Assembly (NCBI GenBank): GCA_963847625.1 | Contig: CAWKAR010000013.1 | Coordinates: forward strand, 96,001 to 160,000 | Length of the DNA stretch: 64,000 nt | Direction: 5' to 3' | Origin: a candidate division FCPU426 bacterium | GTDB taxonomy: Bacteria > Oederibacteriota > Muellerivitia > Muellerivitales > Muellerivitaceae | Shown here: positions 45,841-56,887 of the stretch, in pieces | Layout: each line of letters opens with the position of its first letter | Position numbering within the stretch: position 1 is the first letter of the stretch | Made by a program: the position numbers and the translations under genes | The notes under the pieces: model-generated | Told to the model about the DNA's origin: nothing | The model's input: only the letters and a program-made list of their open reading frames with translations | Database searches by the model: none

Positions 45841-47940
45841 ATGATTCTCCCCCGCTCCACGGACAATCCCTATCCGAACCCCTGGTATTCCTTTCTGGCC
45901 TTTCTCACCACGTTCTCCCTTCTTTCTTACGTCCCCCTTTGCTTTCAAACTCAAATCACTCTGGTAATCTTGGGTCTATTCGTGCCCTGGCTGGTTCTCA
46001 GCCGAAAAGCGGCATTAAAGCGTGAAAAGTCTCTACTCCTCCAGGAGAGCTTCCTCCCCCCCGCAGCTTGGGTCGCTCTGGTCCTAGCCGCCGCCCTATT
46101 CATCCGGTTTTGGCGTTTGACCTCCCTTTCGGTCTGGCCTATGCCCGATGACGGCCTTTACTCCTATTACGCCTTGTCCCTCATTCGGGAATGGCGGTGG
46201 AAATTTTTCTTCAGCTACACGCAGGTACCGCCCCTTACGGACTGGCTCCTGGCTCTTTTCTACAAGATCATTCCACCCTCCCTTTTTTCCCTCCGGCTGT
46301 TCCCTGCCCTCTTTTCCGTCTTGACGGTCCTGGTGGGCTGGGTGGGGGCGCGTAAAATCTTCCCGCCTTCCACGGCCTTTTTCCTCCTGTTTTTCTGTGC
46401 CTTCAACTTCACCTTCCTTTACCCAGCCCAATTCACCTTTTGGGCCTTTCTGGTTCTTTTTTTCACCGTGGGGGCGCTGGCCTCTTTGGGCCTTTGCGCC
46501 GACAAAAGCCTGACAGGAACCAGGAGCGCCCTCCTACTGGGTACGGTCACGGGCCTGGGTTTCTTCACGGGCGTCTCCTGGCCCGTGGTGGCTCTCTCGA
46601 TTTCCATAGCCGCTTTTTGCGTCTATGGCCGGAAACGACGAAAGGACTTGTGGGTTTTTCTCGCGTTCCTTTCGATAGGTATCATCCTTTTTGCCGTTAC
46701 GGCTCTTCGGGAAGGTTATGGCTCTCACATGCGGGCCGTCGCGATCCCAGTCGCGTCTTGGGCCCTCTTCATGGGAGAAGCCCTTAAAAAACTAGCCTCC
46801 CTCCTCTGGTATTCCCCCGACCCCGCCACATACGGCCCCCTTTGGGGCGGCATGCTGGACCCCGTGGCCGGCGCCTTCTTTCTCGCGGGTTTGGCGGCCT
46901 GCTGGAGGCGAAGGCGGGAACCTTTCCATGCTTGGCTTCTCCTATCCTTGGGGCTTTTCCTCCTGCCGGGCCTGGTTGCGAGTAGGTTCGAAATATTCCG
47001 GAACGTCCAGGTCTTCGCGATCCTGGCCCTGATATCAGCACTGGGTTTCCAGGAACTTTGGCGCGCCTGGCCCCTGAAAAACCCGGCGGCCCGGGGTTGG
47101 GCTTTGGCGCTTCTCATGGCGGTATCGGCTTCCTTGAGCTTTTTACATTTAAACGGCCCCTATCACCGCCTGTGGGGAACGCCGGGCCCCTTCTGGAAGA
47201 ACATTAAATCGGTGGAACTTTACGAGGCTTACAACATCCTCAAAACAATCCAAAAGGAAAGCGGGCCAGGTGCCGTACTGGCGGATCTCAGGCCAGACCC
47301 CAGCGACGTGACCTTGGCCACCGCTGTTTATTCTTTCGACGCGGCTAGCAACCCCGGGATCCCCTGGAAGGATGTCCGATGGGTTGCCGTCCTGGCTAAC
47401 GCCAACTACAAGCCTTTCCTGGAGTCCCGTTTCCCCTCAGGCCGGTGGCACTGGTTGAACAAGGAAGGGGCCACGTACAACCAATACTGGATGCTGGGCA
47501 TCATCCCCCTGGACGCCTCCAACGAAATGGACCTGGCCCGGTGGATGGAGGCCGAGCGGGGTTTCCAGCCTTTCACGGATGAGCTTCTGGAATCCTTCAA
47601 ACCTTCTGTCCGCGCCGGGCTGGAGGGCAAATTGCTTTCGCTTTATCCCTTCATGCGGGGCGACCCCTTCCTGGAATCCTGCTTCTGGGAAAAAAAGATA
47701 TACCTGGCCAAGATGGATGGAAATGATGGAAAAGTGTTGGAGGCCGTTCAACAGGGATTAAGCCGCGGCTATCCCCTGCCCCAACTTTTCAACGACGAAG
47801 GGGTGCTATTGGAACGGCAGGGCCGTTATGAAGAAGCCCGGAAGGCCTTCAAGAAGGCGCTTCGGGCGCCTGTAAACATCACCCCCGCGAAGGAAAACCT
47901 GGAACCCCTCGAGCAAAAATTTTCAGGCGAGACGAAATAA
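45841..47940 (+). CDS. GT-C fold (ArnT/PMT-like) membrane glycosyltransferase with C-terminal TPR
   Basis: 'ALFIRFWRL....PDDG', 'SLFSLRLFPALFS', many TM segments, TPR-like tail. Confidence 0.65.
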   Translation: MILPRSTDNPYPNPWYSFLAFLTTFSLLSYVPLCFQTQITLVILGLFVPWLVLSRKAALKREKSLLLQESFLPPAAWVALVLAAALFIRFWRLTSLSVWPMPDDGLYSYYALSLIREWRWKFFFSYTQVPPLTDWLLALFYKIIPPSLFSLRLFPALFSVLTVLVGWVGARKIFPPSTAFFLLFFCAFNFTFLYPAQFTFWAFLVLFFTVGALASLGLCADKSLTGTRSALLLGTVTGLGFFTGVSWPVVALSISIAAFCVYGRKRRKDLWVFLAFLSIGIILFAVTALREGYGSHMRAVAIPVASWALFMGEALKKLASLLWYSPDPATYGPLWGGMLDPVAGAFFLAGLAACWRRRREPFHAWLLLSLGLFLLPGLVASRFEIFRNVQVFAILALISALGFQELWRAWPLKNPAARGWALALLMAVSASLSFLHLNGPYHRLWGTPGPFWKNIKSVELYEAYNILKTIQKESGPGAVLADLRPDPSDVTLATAVYSFDAASNPGIPWKDVRWVAVLANANYKPFLESRFPSGRWHWLNKEGATYNQYWMLGIIPLDASNEMDLARWMEAERGFQPFTDELLESFKPSVRAGLEGKLLSLYPFMRGDPFLESCFWEKKIYLAKMDGNDGKVLEAVQQGLSRGYPLPQLFNDEGVLLERQGRYEEARKAFKKALRAPVNITPAKENLEPLEQKFSGETK

Positions 47941-48008
47941 ACCAGGGACTTTACGTTGGAATGCCCTTCACACAACCCTTTTCAACGAAACGGTATTTTT
48001 AATAAAAG

Positions 48009-48041
48009 AAAAGCCCCGCCGTTAATAAACCGTGGGGCTTT
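48009..48041. terminator. Bidirectional intrinsic terminator
   Basis: AAAAGCCCC...GGGGCTTT between convergent genes. Confidence 0.65.
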
Positions 48042-48076
48042 GTATTTTTCGGTCTGTTTTTAATCTCTTTCCGCAA

Positions 48077-49594
48077 TTAGAAAAAAACTGAAATTTGGAT
48101 TCCCGCGATTGGACCCCCTAAATCAATTTCCAACGGTTTGGAACCCGCGGGGACATTGGAACCCGGCAGAAGGGGAGGCTGATTCCCATTCGGGACGGGG
48201 AGTAATAATTGGCCATTGGAAACGGGAGTGATGACATTACCCGCTGAGGTCGGGATAACTTCCAATTCGGTTGTTTGGCCGGCGCCCACCGCTGAATTGC
48301 TGCTGTTCGTGGCTTGGAATGAATTCCCGCTGGCGAATTGGTAACCCGCGAAGGGTGAAATGACGAATGTATCCCCCAAATGCCAATCCAACCCCAGGGA
48401 AATCTGCCCTCCCGCCGCTGTTCCGGTAAAAGTACCGGAAGCAGAGTAAGCGTTGATAAGCGTGGGGATCGTGACCCCGGCTGAATAAGCGATGTTGATG
48501 GGAACGATCATGGCACCCGCTGAGATGAAAGGCTGAAAATCTCCCGATCCAAGCAGGTACCTCAGGTTCAAGCCCGCCGAAATTGCGGTGATATCGTAGG
48601 AATCCGTTACGGTTAAACCGTTATTATCGTGGGTGTTGTCGCTCACGGTTCCAACGGGAATCACGGCGAGGGGAATCCCGATTTCAAAATTGGGGCTCAC
48701 CCGGTAGACGGGCTCGAACCCGATGCGGGCGGCGCCCGATGGAACCGATCCGCTGTAAGATATTGTGGGATCGATGGACTGTGCCAAGGTGACTTCATTG
48801 GTGACGGATTGGGCATTCGTATTGAAGTCGGCCAGGCTTAAAAGAAGGATAGACGGCTGGAGACGAATACCGAATTTCTTGGGCGGGTGCGACACTGCCG
48901 GCTGGCTTTGACCCGCAGGTCCGGCGGCGATCTGGGCGTCCACCCATTGCTGGTCTTCCGGGGCTAGTCTCGCCTTCAATTGGCCGACGTAATTTCCAAC
49001 CGAAGGATTGGGTTTAAGCTTGTTGGAAATCCCCAAGGCCACAGCCGCATCCTTCATGTCCCCCGCCTGCATCTGGGCCGCGCCCAGATAATAATAAGCT
49101 GTGGAATCACTCGGGTTTTCCTGAACGGCTTTCTGGAACAAGGGAATTGCCGGGGTATATTGCTGCTGTTGGAAGAGGGCTATGCCCTGGGAAAAGGAAT
49201 TGGCGGTTGGCGCACTTGCTGCTGCAGGAGCCGTTGCTGCCCCCGCCGCCGCGGGAGCGGTCGTCCCCACTTTGGCCTTCAAAGCCTGGATCATTGAAGC
49301 CAGCTGGGGATTGGGCTGAATGGCTTGGACCTTTTGGTAATCAGCAAGGGCCTGCTGGTATTGGCCTTGGGCGTAATAGCAGTTGGCCCGCCCCTGGAGG
49401 GCCGCCGCGTTGTTGGGATCCAGGCTTACGGCCGCGTTGAAATATTGGATGGCTTGCGGATAGTTTTGGGCGTTATAAAGCTGGAGCCCGGCGTTGTAAT
49501 AATCCGCGGCGGTAGCGCCAAGGGCCTTTGTTCCTAACCCGAATATCGAAGAAGTAAGACACAGCCAGACGACAACCCACGCTTGCTTTTTCAT
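48077..49594 (-). CDS. TPR-repeat protein with C-terminal outer-membrane beta-barrel
   Basis: Signal peptide, two TPR clusters, amphipathic strands, terminal Phe (ISVFF). Confidence 0.75.
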   Translation of the reverse strand: MKKQAWVVVWLCLTSSIFGLGTKALGATAADYYNAGLQLYNAQNYPQAIQYFNAAVSLDPNNAAALQGRANCYYAQGQYQQALADYQKVQAIQPNPQLASMIQALKAKVGTTAPAAAGAATAPAAASAPTANSFSQGIALFQQQQYTPAIPLFQKAVQENPSDSTAYYYLGAAQMQAGDMKDAAVALGISNKLKPNPSVGNYVGQLKARLAPEDQQWVDAQIAAGPAGQSQPAVSHPPKKFGIRLQPSILLLSLADFNTNAQSVTNEVTLAQSIDPTISYSGSVPSGAARIGFEPVYRVSPNFEIGIPLAVIPVGTVSDNTHDNNGLTVTDSYDITAISAGLNLRYLLGSGDFQPFISAGAMIVPINIAYSAGVTIPTLINAYSASGTFTGTAAGGQISLGLDWHLGDTFVISPFAGYQFASGNSFQATNSSNSAVGAGQTTELEVIPTSAGNVITPVSNGQLLLPVPNGNQPPLLPGSNVPAGSKPLEIDLGGPIAGIQISVFF

Positions 49595-49907
49595 AACCTT
49601 CCTTTCAAAGAAAATTCCCCTTCTTCGGGGTTAATTTACGGCGTATTGAAATAATTGTAACTTGCATCGAAGCTATGGGTGACACAGGATTGACCGCATT
49701 GGTCTTTTGGCCGACCAGTGGAATGGCTAATAGAAGTCCGGAAGCAATTCCAAATAAAAAAACCGATTCGTTTATACATGGCATCCTCAACCGGCCGCAA
49801 CTACCGAATAATCTTAATCCGCCTATCCCGAATTAAAAAGGAAAATATAGGATTACTTCTTAGCAATCCGGAATTTCTTAGAAAATCCTTCCCGCCATGA
49901 TATTGGT

Positions 49908-49945
49908 AAAAAAAAGCCCCTCCGATTTTAAAATCGCGGGGCTTT
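49908..49945 (-). terminator. Intrinsic terminator of satP
   Basis: AAGCCCC...GGGGCTT stem followed by a U-tract on the minus strand. Confidence 0.65.
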
Positions 49946-49987
49946 ATATCTAACCATTACAGAGGCTGTCGTGAATTTCGAGGACGA

Positions 49988-50587
49988 TTATTTTTTCACG
50001 GGACAGATCGGCCAGACCACCCGGCCGTAAACCTCGTTCAATACTTGTGCCAAGCCCGTATAGATGGCCGAGGCGCCGCAGACGATGCCCACGTATCCAG
50101 CCGCCTGGCCGATGCCCTCGCTGCCGGTGGCCTTCTCTACCGCCAGCATGAAGAATAAAAGAGTCAACGAACCAAACACGAACTGAAGGGCTCGGTTGAG
50201 CCTGAGGGTGCCGATGTACATGACCAGGGTGAAGATACCCCACATCGCGAGGTAAGCCGCCATGGAAGTCCCACTGGGCCCTTCCCAACCCAGGAAAGTA
50301 AGCTTGGGGAGAGTCAAAAGTGCCACCAGTGACAGCCAGAACAACCCGTACGACGTGAATGCGGTGGCTCCGAAGGTGTTGTTCTTCTTCCATTCCATGA
50401 TGCCGGCGATCACCTGGGCCAATCCTCCATAAAAGATGCCCATGGCCAGGATAGTAGAATCCAGTTTGTAGAATCCCGCGTTGTGGAAATTCAGCAGTAC
50501 CGTGGTCATGCCGAAGCCAAGAAGCCCCAAGGGCGCCGGGTTGGCCGTATTATCCACCAGCTTCATTGTCTCATTTTCCCCGCTCAT
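49988..50587 (-). CDS. satP: Acetate/succinate transporter, GPR1/FUN34/YaaH family
   Basis: ANPAPLGL signature, 'FYGGLAQ', '[12 protein letters not shown]'. Confidence 0.93.
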   Translation of the reverse strand: MSGENETMKLVDNTANPAPLGLLGFGMTTVLLNFHNAGFYKLDSTILAMGIFYGGLAQVIAGIMEWKKNNTFGATAFTSYGLFWLSLVALLTLPKLTFLGWEGPSGTSMAAYLAMWGIFTLVMYIGTLRLNRALQFVFGSLTLLFFMLAVEKATGSEGIGQAAGYVGIVCGASAIYTGLAQVLNEVYGRVVWPICPVKK

Positions 50588-50875
50588 ATTTTCTCCTTCC
50601 GAATTGTCGGCCGGCCCTTGACGACAGCAGGCCCTTAAGATGAAACGGCTATGTTGTCAACAGACATGGCGGATGATACTCCGGGTCTTGAATTCCGGCA
50701 AGCCGGTAAATTACGCGATAGAGTCAGGGTTTCCTGCGGAATAATATTTATTTCAATTCAACTTCCCAATAAATGTCTTGCGTTCCTTTAAATGGCGACT
50801 AAAGCCTTCTAAAACCTATTTGAATGTCGGCTTTTTGTAGTGTGGACCGGTGAGTTCATCGTTTAGAATAAGGAT

Positions 50876-51811
50876 ATGAATAAAAACTTTTTTTCAATAT
50901 TTTCACCAGTATTCATATTCGCGATCGCTGTGGGAATAGCCTCGGCCTCGGGGGGCGGTTCACAAGCGCCGAAACCCTTCCAACTCCCCCCGCAATACGT
51001 TCTGGAAAAAATTCAGGGTACCGTTCTGATTCTATCCAAGGGTACCAAAAAACCGGAACCAGCCGAGTTGGAGGAAACAGTCCAAGGGGGAGATGAAATC
51101 ATCACGCGGTCCGGTTCCGAAGCATCCCTGACCTTGAACGAAACCACCATGTTCCACCTATCGCCTGACAGCCATGTGAAGGTGGCCGAGCTAACCCGTA
51201 ATACCCCCGTCAATTTCATCACTAGGCTGGAGCTGGCCGCCGGTAAGATCCTCGCCCAAGTCGAGAAGCTGGGAAAAAGTCATTCCGTATTCGAGATCGA
51301 AGCGGGTGGCGTGGTCTGCGGGGTCCGCGGAACCGCCTTTGAGGTCCAAAAAGATGATTCGTCGATCCAAACCACTACCTTTGAGGGTGTGGTGGAAATG
51401 CGGAAAGGCGGCCTGAAACAGCTTATTTCGGCAAACCATCACGCGGAATTTTCCCGCGGGCAGAATGTCTTCCAGCTCCAACGGACGCTGACCGAACGGG
51501 AGAAGGCGCAGTTTGAAAACTGGCAAAAGCTGCAGGATCTCGTCAGTCGCAGGCAGATAGAACGCGCGGCCTTACTGAAAAACTATGATACCCTTCCCCA
51601 GGACGAGCAAACCCGTATCTGGCAAAAAGTCCAACAAGTCAAAGGAAAAGACCGCCTGAAAGCATTGCGTCAGATTTTGCAGGAGAAAAATCTTCAAAAA
51701 CGCAACCAAACCAAGGAGCAGGCCGCCTTGGAAAGGGCCCAATCCCTGAAAGACCTCCAACATACCCGTCAACAAGCCCAGGAACAACGCGAGTTAGAGG
51801 AAAAGAAGTAG
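50876..51811 (+). CDS. FecR-domain protein
   Basis: Signal/TM segment, 'GDEIIT', 'VCGVRGTAFEV', 'FEGVVEM'. Confidence 0.8.
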   Translation: MNKNFFSIFSPVFIFAIAVGIASASGGGSQAPKPFQLPPQYVLEKIQGTVLILSKGTKKPEPAELEETVQGGDEIITRSGSEASLTLNETTMFHLSPDSHVKVAELTRNTPVNFITRLELAAGKILAQVEKLGKSHSVFEIEAGGVVCGVRGTAFEVQKDDSSIQTTTFEGVVEMRKGGLKQLISANHHAEFSRGQNVFQLQRTLTEREKAQFENWQKLQDLVSRRQIERAALLKNYDTLPQDEQTRIWQKVQQVKGKDRLKALRQILQEKNLQKRNQTKEQAALERAQSLKDLQHTRQQAQEQRELEEKK

Positions 51812-51861
51812 CGGACTGTAAGGCTAATTATCCCTTTAATATCCTGCTGACCCCAGAAAAC

Positions 51862-51897
51862 AAAAAAACCTCCGGTTGTTAGACCAGAGGTTTTTTT
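51862..51897. terminator. Bidirectional intrinsic terminator
   Basis: AAAAAAACCTC...GAGGTTTTTTT. Confidence 0.75.
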
Positions 51898-51909
51898 GCT
51901 GCTTTTCTT

Positions 51910-52215
51910 TTACTTGCTGACCTTTACGGTCTGGCCATAGACCGACACCCAACTCGTGATGATGTTTAATAAGCAATCCACGAAAGACATTTGGGACGTT
52001 ACGGTATAATTGTTCGTCAAGTTGTTCTCCAGCGCCATTTTCTCCCCGTCCACCTTGTTCAAGGGAATCAATCCCCACAGAATATACCACTCCCGGTTGG
52101 TAGCGACGGTTTGGCCCGAGCCCCCGTTCCCGACCGTATGGTTAAGGGTGAAGCAACCCGAAAGGGACATAGATAAAAAACCGGCGCAAAATAAAAGGCG
52201 AATGGCTTTTTTCAT
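51910..52215 (-). CDS. Bor-family lipoprotein
   Basis: Lipobox LSGC, 'WYILWGLIPL', 'SFVDCLLNIIT'. Confidence 0.75.
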   Translation of the reverse strand: MKKAIRLLFCAGFLSMSLSGCFTLNHTVGNGGSGQTVATNREWYILWGLIPLNKVDGEKMALENNLTNNYTVTSQMSFVDCLLNIITSWVSVYGQTVKVSK

Positions 52216-52299
52216 GGAATGCTCCTTAAGGAATCTAAGATCATCAAAGCTGAATGGATTATAACCATTCCCGGGCGGGTGGGGTTAGGAAATCAGGTT

Positions 52300-52896
52300 C
52301 TAAAGAGATGGCCATTCCAAGGAGGCGATGGAGCCCTCAAGAGCCCGCGCCAATAAATGGTATCGATTCGGGGAAACGGAGAACGCCAATTGAAGGAAGG
52401 AACCGGGCTGGTCGAATACCAATAATTGGAGAACGATGGTGTCTTTATTTTGGGCGAGTACCTGCAGGCAGTGGTACTGGTTGAACCGGAAAAGGTCGCT
52501 TCCGATGATCCGGCCCAGGCCGGATTTCCGGATCGTCCCAAGATAATCCCCCCGAAAGCGGCTGAGGCTTTCGATCGTTAGGTCCCTGGGCCCACCTTCC
52601 AGGAGGCCAATCGTCAGGAAATCCCCGGTTTTGGGATCCTCAAACCGGGCGGCATATTGAAGGGCTTTCGCTCCCTTGCCAGCAGGCCGTTGTTTCCAAC
52701 CCGCGGGTGGTCGGATGGAATAAAAAGCTTCCTTTTGGGAGAATTTCTTTCCGAGCATCGGGTCGTCCGCCGTCACTCCCCTCACATTCATGAAATCAAT
52801 GGTTCGCCGGATATCTCCCGCGAAACAGGGGTAATGGATAAGAAACGCAATAAAAAGGGAAAGAGGTAAAAATCGCAAAGTGTGTCGCATGGTCAA
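52300..52896 (-). CDS. Secreted hypothetical protein
   Basis: Signal peptide, 'YSIRPPAGW' (PsbP-like pattern). Confidence 0.6.
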   Translation of the reverse strand: MTMRHTLRFLPLSLFIAFLIHYPCFAGDIRRTIDFMNVRGVTADDPMLGKKFSQKEAFYSIRPPAGWKQRPAGKGAKALQYAARFEDPKTGDFLTIGLLEGGPRDLTIESLSRFRGDYLGTIRKSGLGRIIGSDLFRFNQYHCLQVLAQNKDTIVLQLLVFDQPGSFLQLAFSVSPNRYHLLARALEGSIASLEWPSL

Positions 52897-53203
52897 TCCA
52901 ATCTACTTGAATTCATTGCCACCCGCAAAGGGAAATGAACCTTTGCATATCTTTCGAGGTTCAAGAATTTCCGCGCTTTTTGGCGCGGTGATTACCTTGC
53001 GCCGAATCCGCATTTTACAGTAAATCTATCAATGAGCGATTAAGGCATTTATCATATTCATCAGGAAAACTTTCGGCTATATTCATACGCCAACGCGGAA
53101 GCCAAACCCGGTTTTACTGATGGCTGATAAGGTGAGTTTCCAATTTAATTGAAGTGCGTGGGAGAGAACGCAAAAGGTTTAAGATCCTGAAAGGAGTTTA
53201 GAC

Positions 53204-54478
53204 ATGGGCAAGATCAATTCAGTACAAGGGATGGAAATTCTGGATTCCAGGGGTAACCCGACTGTTCGGGTAAAGGTAGAACTGGAAGGATGCGTATCGG
53301 TGAGCGCGTCGGTTCCCTCGGGCGCTTCCACAGGCGAAAACGAGGCCGTGGAGTTGCGCGACGGCGACAAAAAACGCTATGGCGGAAAAGGCGTCCTGAA
53401 AGCCGTCGAGAACGTCAACAAGGTCCTCGCGCCCGCATTGAAGGGCCTGGAATCGGGAAACCAGGCGGTACTGGATAAGCTCATGATCGGTCTGGACGGC
53501 ACCCCGAATAAGGGTAAGTTGGGGGCCAACGCCATCCTTGGCTGTTCCATGGCGATCGCCCGAGCGTCCGCGGAAGAAGCAGGCGTTCCCCTCTATTCTT
53601 ACCTGGGCGGGGTCGGCGCCACCCGGCTTCCTGTCCCCATGATGAACATCATCAACGGCGGCAAACACGCGGACAACAGCGTGGACCTGCAGGAATTCAT
53701 GGCCATGCCCATTGGGGCTCCCACCTTCGCGGAAGCTCTCCGTTACGGGGCCGAAACCTTTCACACCTTGAAGAACATCCTACACAAGAGAAACTACTCC
53801 ACAGCTGTGGGCGATGAGGGCGGTTTTGCGCCTAACCTGAAGAGCAACGAGGAAGCAGTCGAGGTGATCGTGCAGGCCATTGAGGCCGCCGGTTATAAAC
53901 CGGGCAAGGACGTGGTTATCGCCCTGGACCCCGCTGCCAGTTCCTTTTTTGAGAACGGAGCCTATGTTCTTTCCAAGTCCGGCCAGGGCAAAAAAACCAG
54001 CAAGGAAATGACTGATCTTTACAAGACCTGGATTGAGAAATACCCCATTTTTTCCATTGAGGACGGCTTGGCCGAAAACGACTGGGCGGGTTTTAAGGAA
54101 CATACGGCGATCCTTGGTGACAAGATCCAAATCGTGGGTGACGATCTTTATGTCACCAACACGAAGTTCGTCGTCCGCGGCATCAAGGAAAAATCAACCA
54201 ATGCCGTCCTGATAAAGCTCAACCAGATCGGGACGGTCACGGAAACAGTCGATACAATCCAGCTTTGCCGCAAGGCAGGGTGGGGTTATGTCATCTCGCA
54301 CCGTTCAGGCGAAACCGAGGACGCCTTCATGGCCGATTTTGCCGTGGCCATGGGCGGGGGCCAGATCAAGACAGGTTCCGCATGCCGGAGCGAGCGAATT
54401 GCCAAATACAATCGCTTGCTGGAGATCGAGAAGGAACTGGGGAAAGCGGCCTTGTTCAGCAACCCATTCGCGAAATAA
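53204..54478 (+). CDS. eno: Enolase
   Basis: [38 protein letters not shown]. Confidence 0.98.
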   Translation: MGKINSVQGMEILDSRGNPTVRVKVELEGCVSVSASVPSGASTGENEAVELRDGDKKRYGGKGVLKAVENVNKVLAPALKGLESGNQAVLDKLMIGLDGTPNKGKLGANAILGCSMAIARASAEEAGVPLYSYLGGVGATRLPVPMMNIINGGKHADNSVDLQEFMAMPIGAPTFAEALRYGAETFHTLKNILHKRNYSTAVGDEGGFAPNLKSNEEAVEVIVQAIEAAGYKPGKDVVIALDPAASSFFENGAYVLSKSGQGKKTSKEMTDLYKTWIEKYPIFSIEDGLAENDWAGFKEHTAILGDKIQIVGDDLYVTNTKFVVRGIKEKSTNAVLIKLNQIGTVTETVDTIQLCRKAGWGYVISHRSGETEDAFMADFAVAMGGGQIKTGSACRSERIAKYNRLLEIEKELGKAALFSNPFAK

Positions 54479-54501
54479 CAAACCTAACTTTACTGTAAAA
54501 C

Positions 54502-54535
54502 AAAAGGCCCCCGGATTTAACCGGGGGCCTTTTTT
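54502..54535. terminator. Bidirectional intrinsic terminator (eno/greA)
   Basis: AAAAGGCCCCCGG-ATTTAA-CCGGGGGCCTTTTTT. Confidence 0.88.
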
Positions 54536-54606
54536 ATTAACCCGCATTCTTTAAACTCTTCGAGTTCACTTCCTTCCGCGAAATTAGCAGGAAAATGAAA
54601 GCAAGT

Positions 54607-55086
54607 TCAACCCACCGCAACCTCAATCTTCAGGATTTCGTACTGCAAAAGTCCGGCCGGTACCTGGATATCCACCTTCTCACCGACCTTCTTACCGATC
54701 ATTCCCTTGGCGATCGGGGTCCGTATGGAAATTTTGTTCTGGGCAAAATCGGCTTCTTCTTCCCCCACCAACCTGTAAATTTCCCGGCCATTTGTTTTAA
54801 GATCCCGTACGGTTACGGCACAACCGATCGAGACATGCTCCCCGGTGATATTCTCGTTCTCCAAGATCCTGACGCGGGACAGCTTATCTTCCAGCTCACG
54901 GATGCGGGCCTCCAACAAACCCTGTTCCTGTTTGGCGGCATCGTACTCGGCGTTTTCCGAGAGGTCGCCATGGGCCCGAGCTTCCTCTAGAGCCTTGGCG
55001 ATCTGGGGCCTGCGGACGGTCTTGAGACGGTTCAACTCTCCCTGGAGCTTATCACGTGTGGCGCTTGAAACTAAAAAATCGGACAT
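54607..55086 (-). CDS. greA: Transcription elongation factor GreA
   Basis: ARAHGDLSENAEYDAAK, ISIRTPIA. Confidence 0.96.
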   Translation of the reverse strand: MSDFLVSSATRDKLQGELNRLKTVRRPQIAKALEEARAHGDLSENAEYDAAKQEQGLLEARIRELEDKLSRVRILENENITGEHVSIGCAVTVRDLKTNGREIYRLVGEEEADFAQNKISIRTPIAKGMIGKKVGEKVDIQVPAGLLQYEILKIEVAVG

Positions 55087-55204
55087 TCTTCTTCTCCTGA
55101 TTGAATTTGCCCCGGGACGGGGCGACGGGTGAAACGTCTGGTCGGCTAGAACCGCCTCTCACTTTCGCAGGTGCGGTACCATACCAGCCCAAGATTATCA
55201 TCTT

Positions 55205-55681
55205 TTACATCCGGCTTGGCGTTTCAAACCTTTCCTTTTGACATTTCTGGCACAACCCGTAAAGCATCATCCGATGAGAATTGATCTTGAAACCGTATTT
55301 CCGGCCAACCTGCTCCTGAAGCTCCTCAATCTGGGGATTCAGGAATTCGATATAAGAACCACATTGGGTGCAAATCATATGGTCATGGTGATCCCGCTTG
55401 AAGTCGGGCTCGTACTTGAACCTTCCATCGCCGAAATCCAGCTCACGGGCAAAACCGCAGCCGGTCAAGTGTTTCAAGGTTCGGTATACGGTCGCAAAAC
55501 CCATATGAGGTTTCTTAGCTTTGGCTTTTTTAAAAAGTTCTTCCGCCGAGATATGCCCCCGCTGAGCGAGAAAGGTTTCCAGGAGCAATTCTCTTTGGTC
55601 GGTCAGCTTCAGTCCCTTTTCTCTCAAATATCGCCTGAAAACCTCATGTTCCCGGCTTTCCGGCTTGGCGGTATCTCTCAT
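55205..55681 (-). CDS. fur: Fur-family transcriptional regulator
   Basis: ATVYRTL, HHDHMICTQCG, CQKC. Confidence 0.92.
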   Translation of the reverse strand: MRDTAKPESREHEVFRRYLREKGLKLTDQRELLLETFLAQRGHISAEELFKKAKAKKPHMGFATVYRTLKHLTGCGFARELDFGDGRFKYEPDFKRDHHDHMICTQCGSYIEFLNPQIEELQEQVGRKYGFKINSHRMMLYGLCQKCQKERFETPSRM

Positions 55682-55727
55682 ACCGGGCTCCTTATGGAAT
55701 TTGAGGTACCCTGACGATGGGAAAACC

Positions 55728-56162
55728 TTAATTGAGCATGACAGGCATCAGAACATTCGACCGGACGACGTGCTGGAAAGCGCCGGCGATATTATCCGTT
55801 ACATCGCTTAGCGTTTGAAGGAAATCATCCTCAACATCGCGATTTTCAACCAAGAAGGAGGTTTTTAACAAAACCACCAGCTGTCCTTTGATGACCCTGG
55901 AAACCTTAACCATTTCGTTTCGGAAGTAATCAGGGTGGTCTTTCCGCACTCGTTTTGCAAGCATTTGCCGTCCGAATTTTTTTTGTTTCACCGAAATGGA
56001 GGCGATCATTTGGCCCAAGTGGCTTTCCAGAATGGCCCGATCGACATGCTGGCCATGGACAAGACGCTCTATCACGACCTCTAAATAGGGAACATGGGTG
56101 AAAAGATCACGATACAACTCCAAAAAACATTCCTTAACGTCGGGTTCCTGCGTAGGACCCAT
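55728..56162 (-). CDS. Hypothetical protein
   Basis: 144 aa ORF with GGGGG ribosome-binding site, co-oriented with neighbours. Confidence 0.6.
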   Translation of the reverse strand: MGPTQEPDVKECFLELYRDLFTHVPYLEVVIERLVHGQHVDRAILESHLGQMIASISVKQKKFGRQMLAKRVRKDHPDYFRNEMVKVSRVIKGQLVVLLKTSFLVENRDVEDDFLQTLSDVTDNIAGAFQHVVRSNVLMPVMLN

Positions 56163-56251
56163 GAATACCCCCGATATTCGTTTAAGAAATTATACTGCTT
56201 TTGGATTTTAAAAAAAAGCAAACGTCTTTTCGTCTCAAGAAAAAGCACACT

Positions 56252-56776
56252 TTAAATTTTCTCTTTTAAAAGTTTGTCGACAGCGGCCTCAAAATCCGCA
56301 AAAGGGTGCGCACCGACAAAGGTCATGGCCACCTTTCCGTTTTTATCGATCAAAAAGGTGGTCGGAATGGGCCGAATACCGTAACTTTGTATGGTTTCCA
56401 CTGCGGCTAAACCCATCGGATAGTTGATGTTAAACGAAGCCATGAATTTATCGAAATAATCTTTCGATTTGTTGTCGTTCACCTCTACCGACAAACCTAA
56501 AAGTTCAAGTCCTTGGGCGTGGTATTGGTCATAGAGTTTGACCAGGTCAGGTAGTTCCATCCGGCACGGTCCGCACCAAGTAGCCCAAAAATCAAGGATA
56601 ATGACTTTTCCCTTGAGTTTTTCAAGTGTCAAGTTTTCCGAGGGGGCATTAAAAAATGTGGCTTTGATCTCAGGCGGAGTTTGCCGTTTTTCGGCCGGAA
56701 TTAATTCCACGTTCGGACGGGATCCGCAGGCAATAGCGCAAAAAACCAAAAACAAAAAAATAAATATTTTTCTCAT
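56252..56776 (-). CDS. TlpA-family thiol-disulfide oxidoreductase (lipoprotein)
   Basis: DFWATWCGPC, IPTTFLIDK. Confidence 0.92.
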   Translation of the reverse strand: MRKIFIFLFLVFCAIACGSRPNVELIPAEKRQTPPEIKATFFNAPSENLTLEKLKGKVIILDFWATWCGPCRMELPDLVKLYDQYHAQGLELLGLSVEVNDNKSKDYFDKFMASFNINYPMGLAAVETIQSYGIRPIPTTFLIDKNGKVAMTFVGAHPFADFEAAVDKLLKEKI

Positions 56777-56887
56777 AAAATTTGCCTACCCCATTTCCAT
56801 TGTCCGCGGTCTCAGCGGTGGAGCCCTCCGGACATTCATCCATAATCGGGGCAGGCACTGCCGGTTACTATTTCTAAAATTAGCTCT

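Noticed and set aside
53030..53200. Fluoride riboswitch upstream of eno
   Set aside because: Some pairing is possible (GGAAAAC/GTTTCC, AGCCA/TGGCT) but the conserved GGCGATG...GCTGATG pseudoknot pattern is not matched; an Rfam scan would settle it
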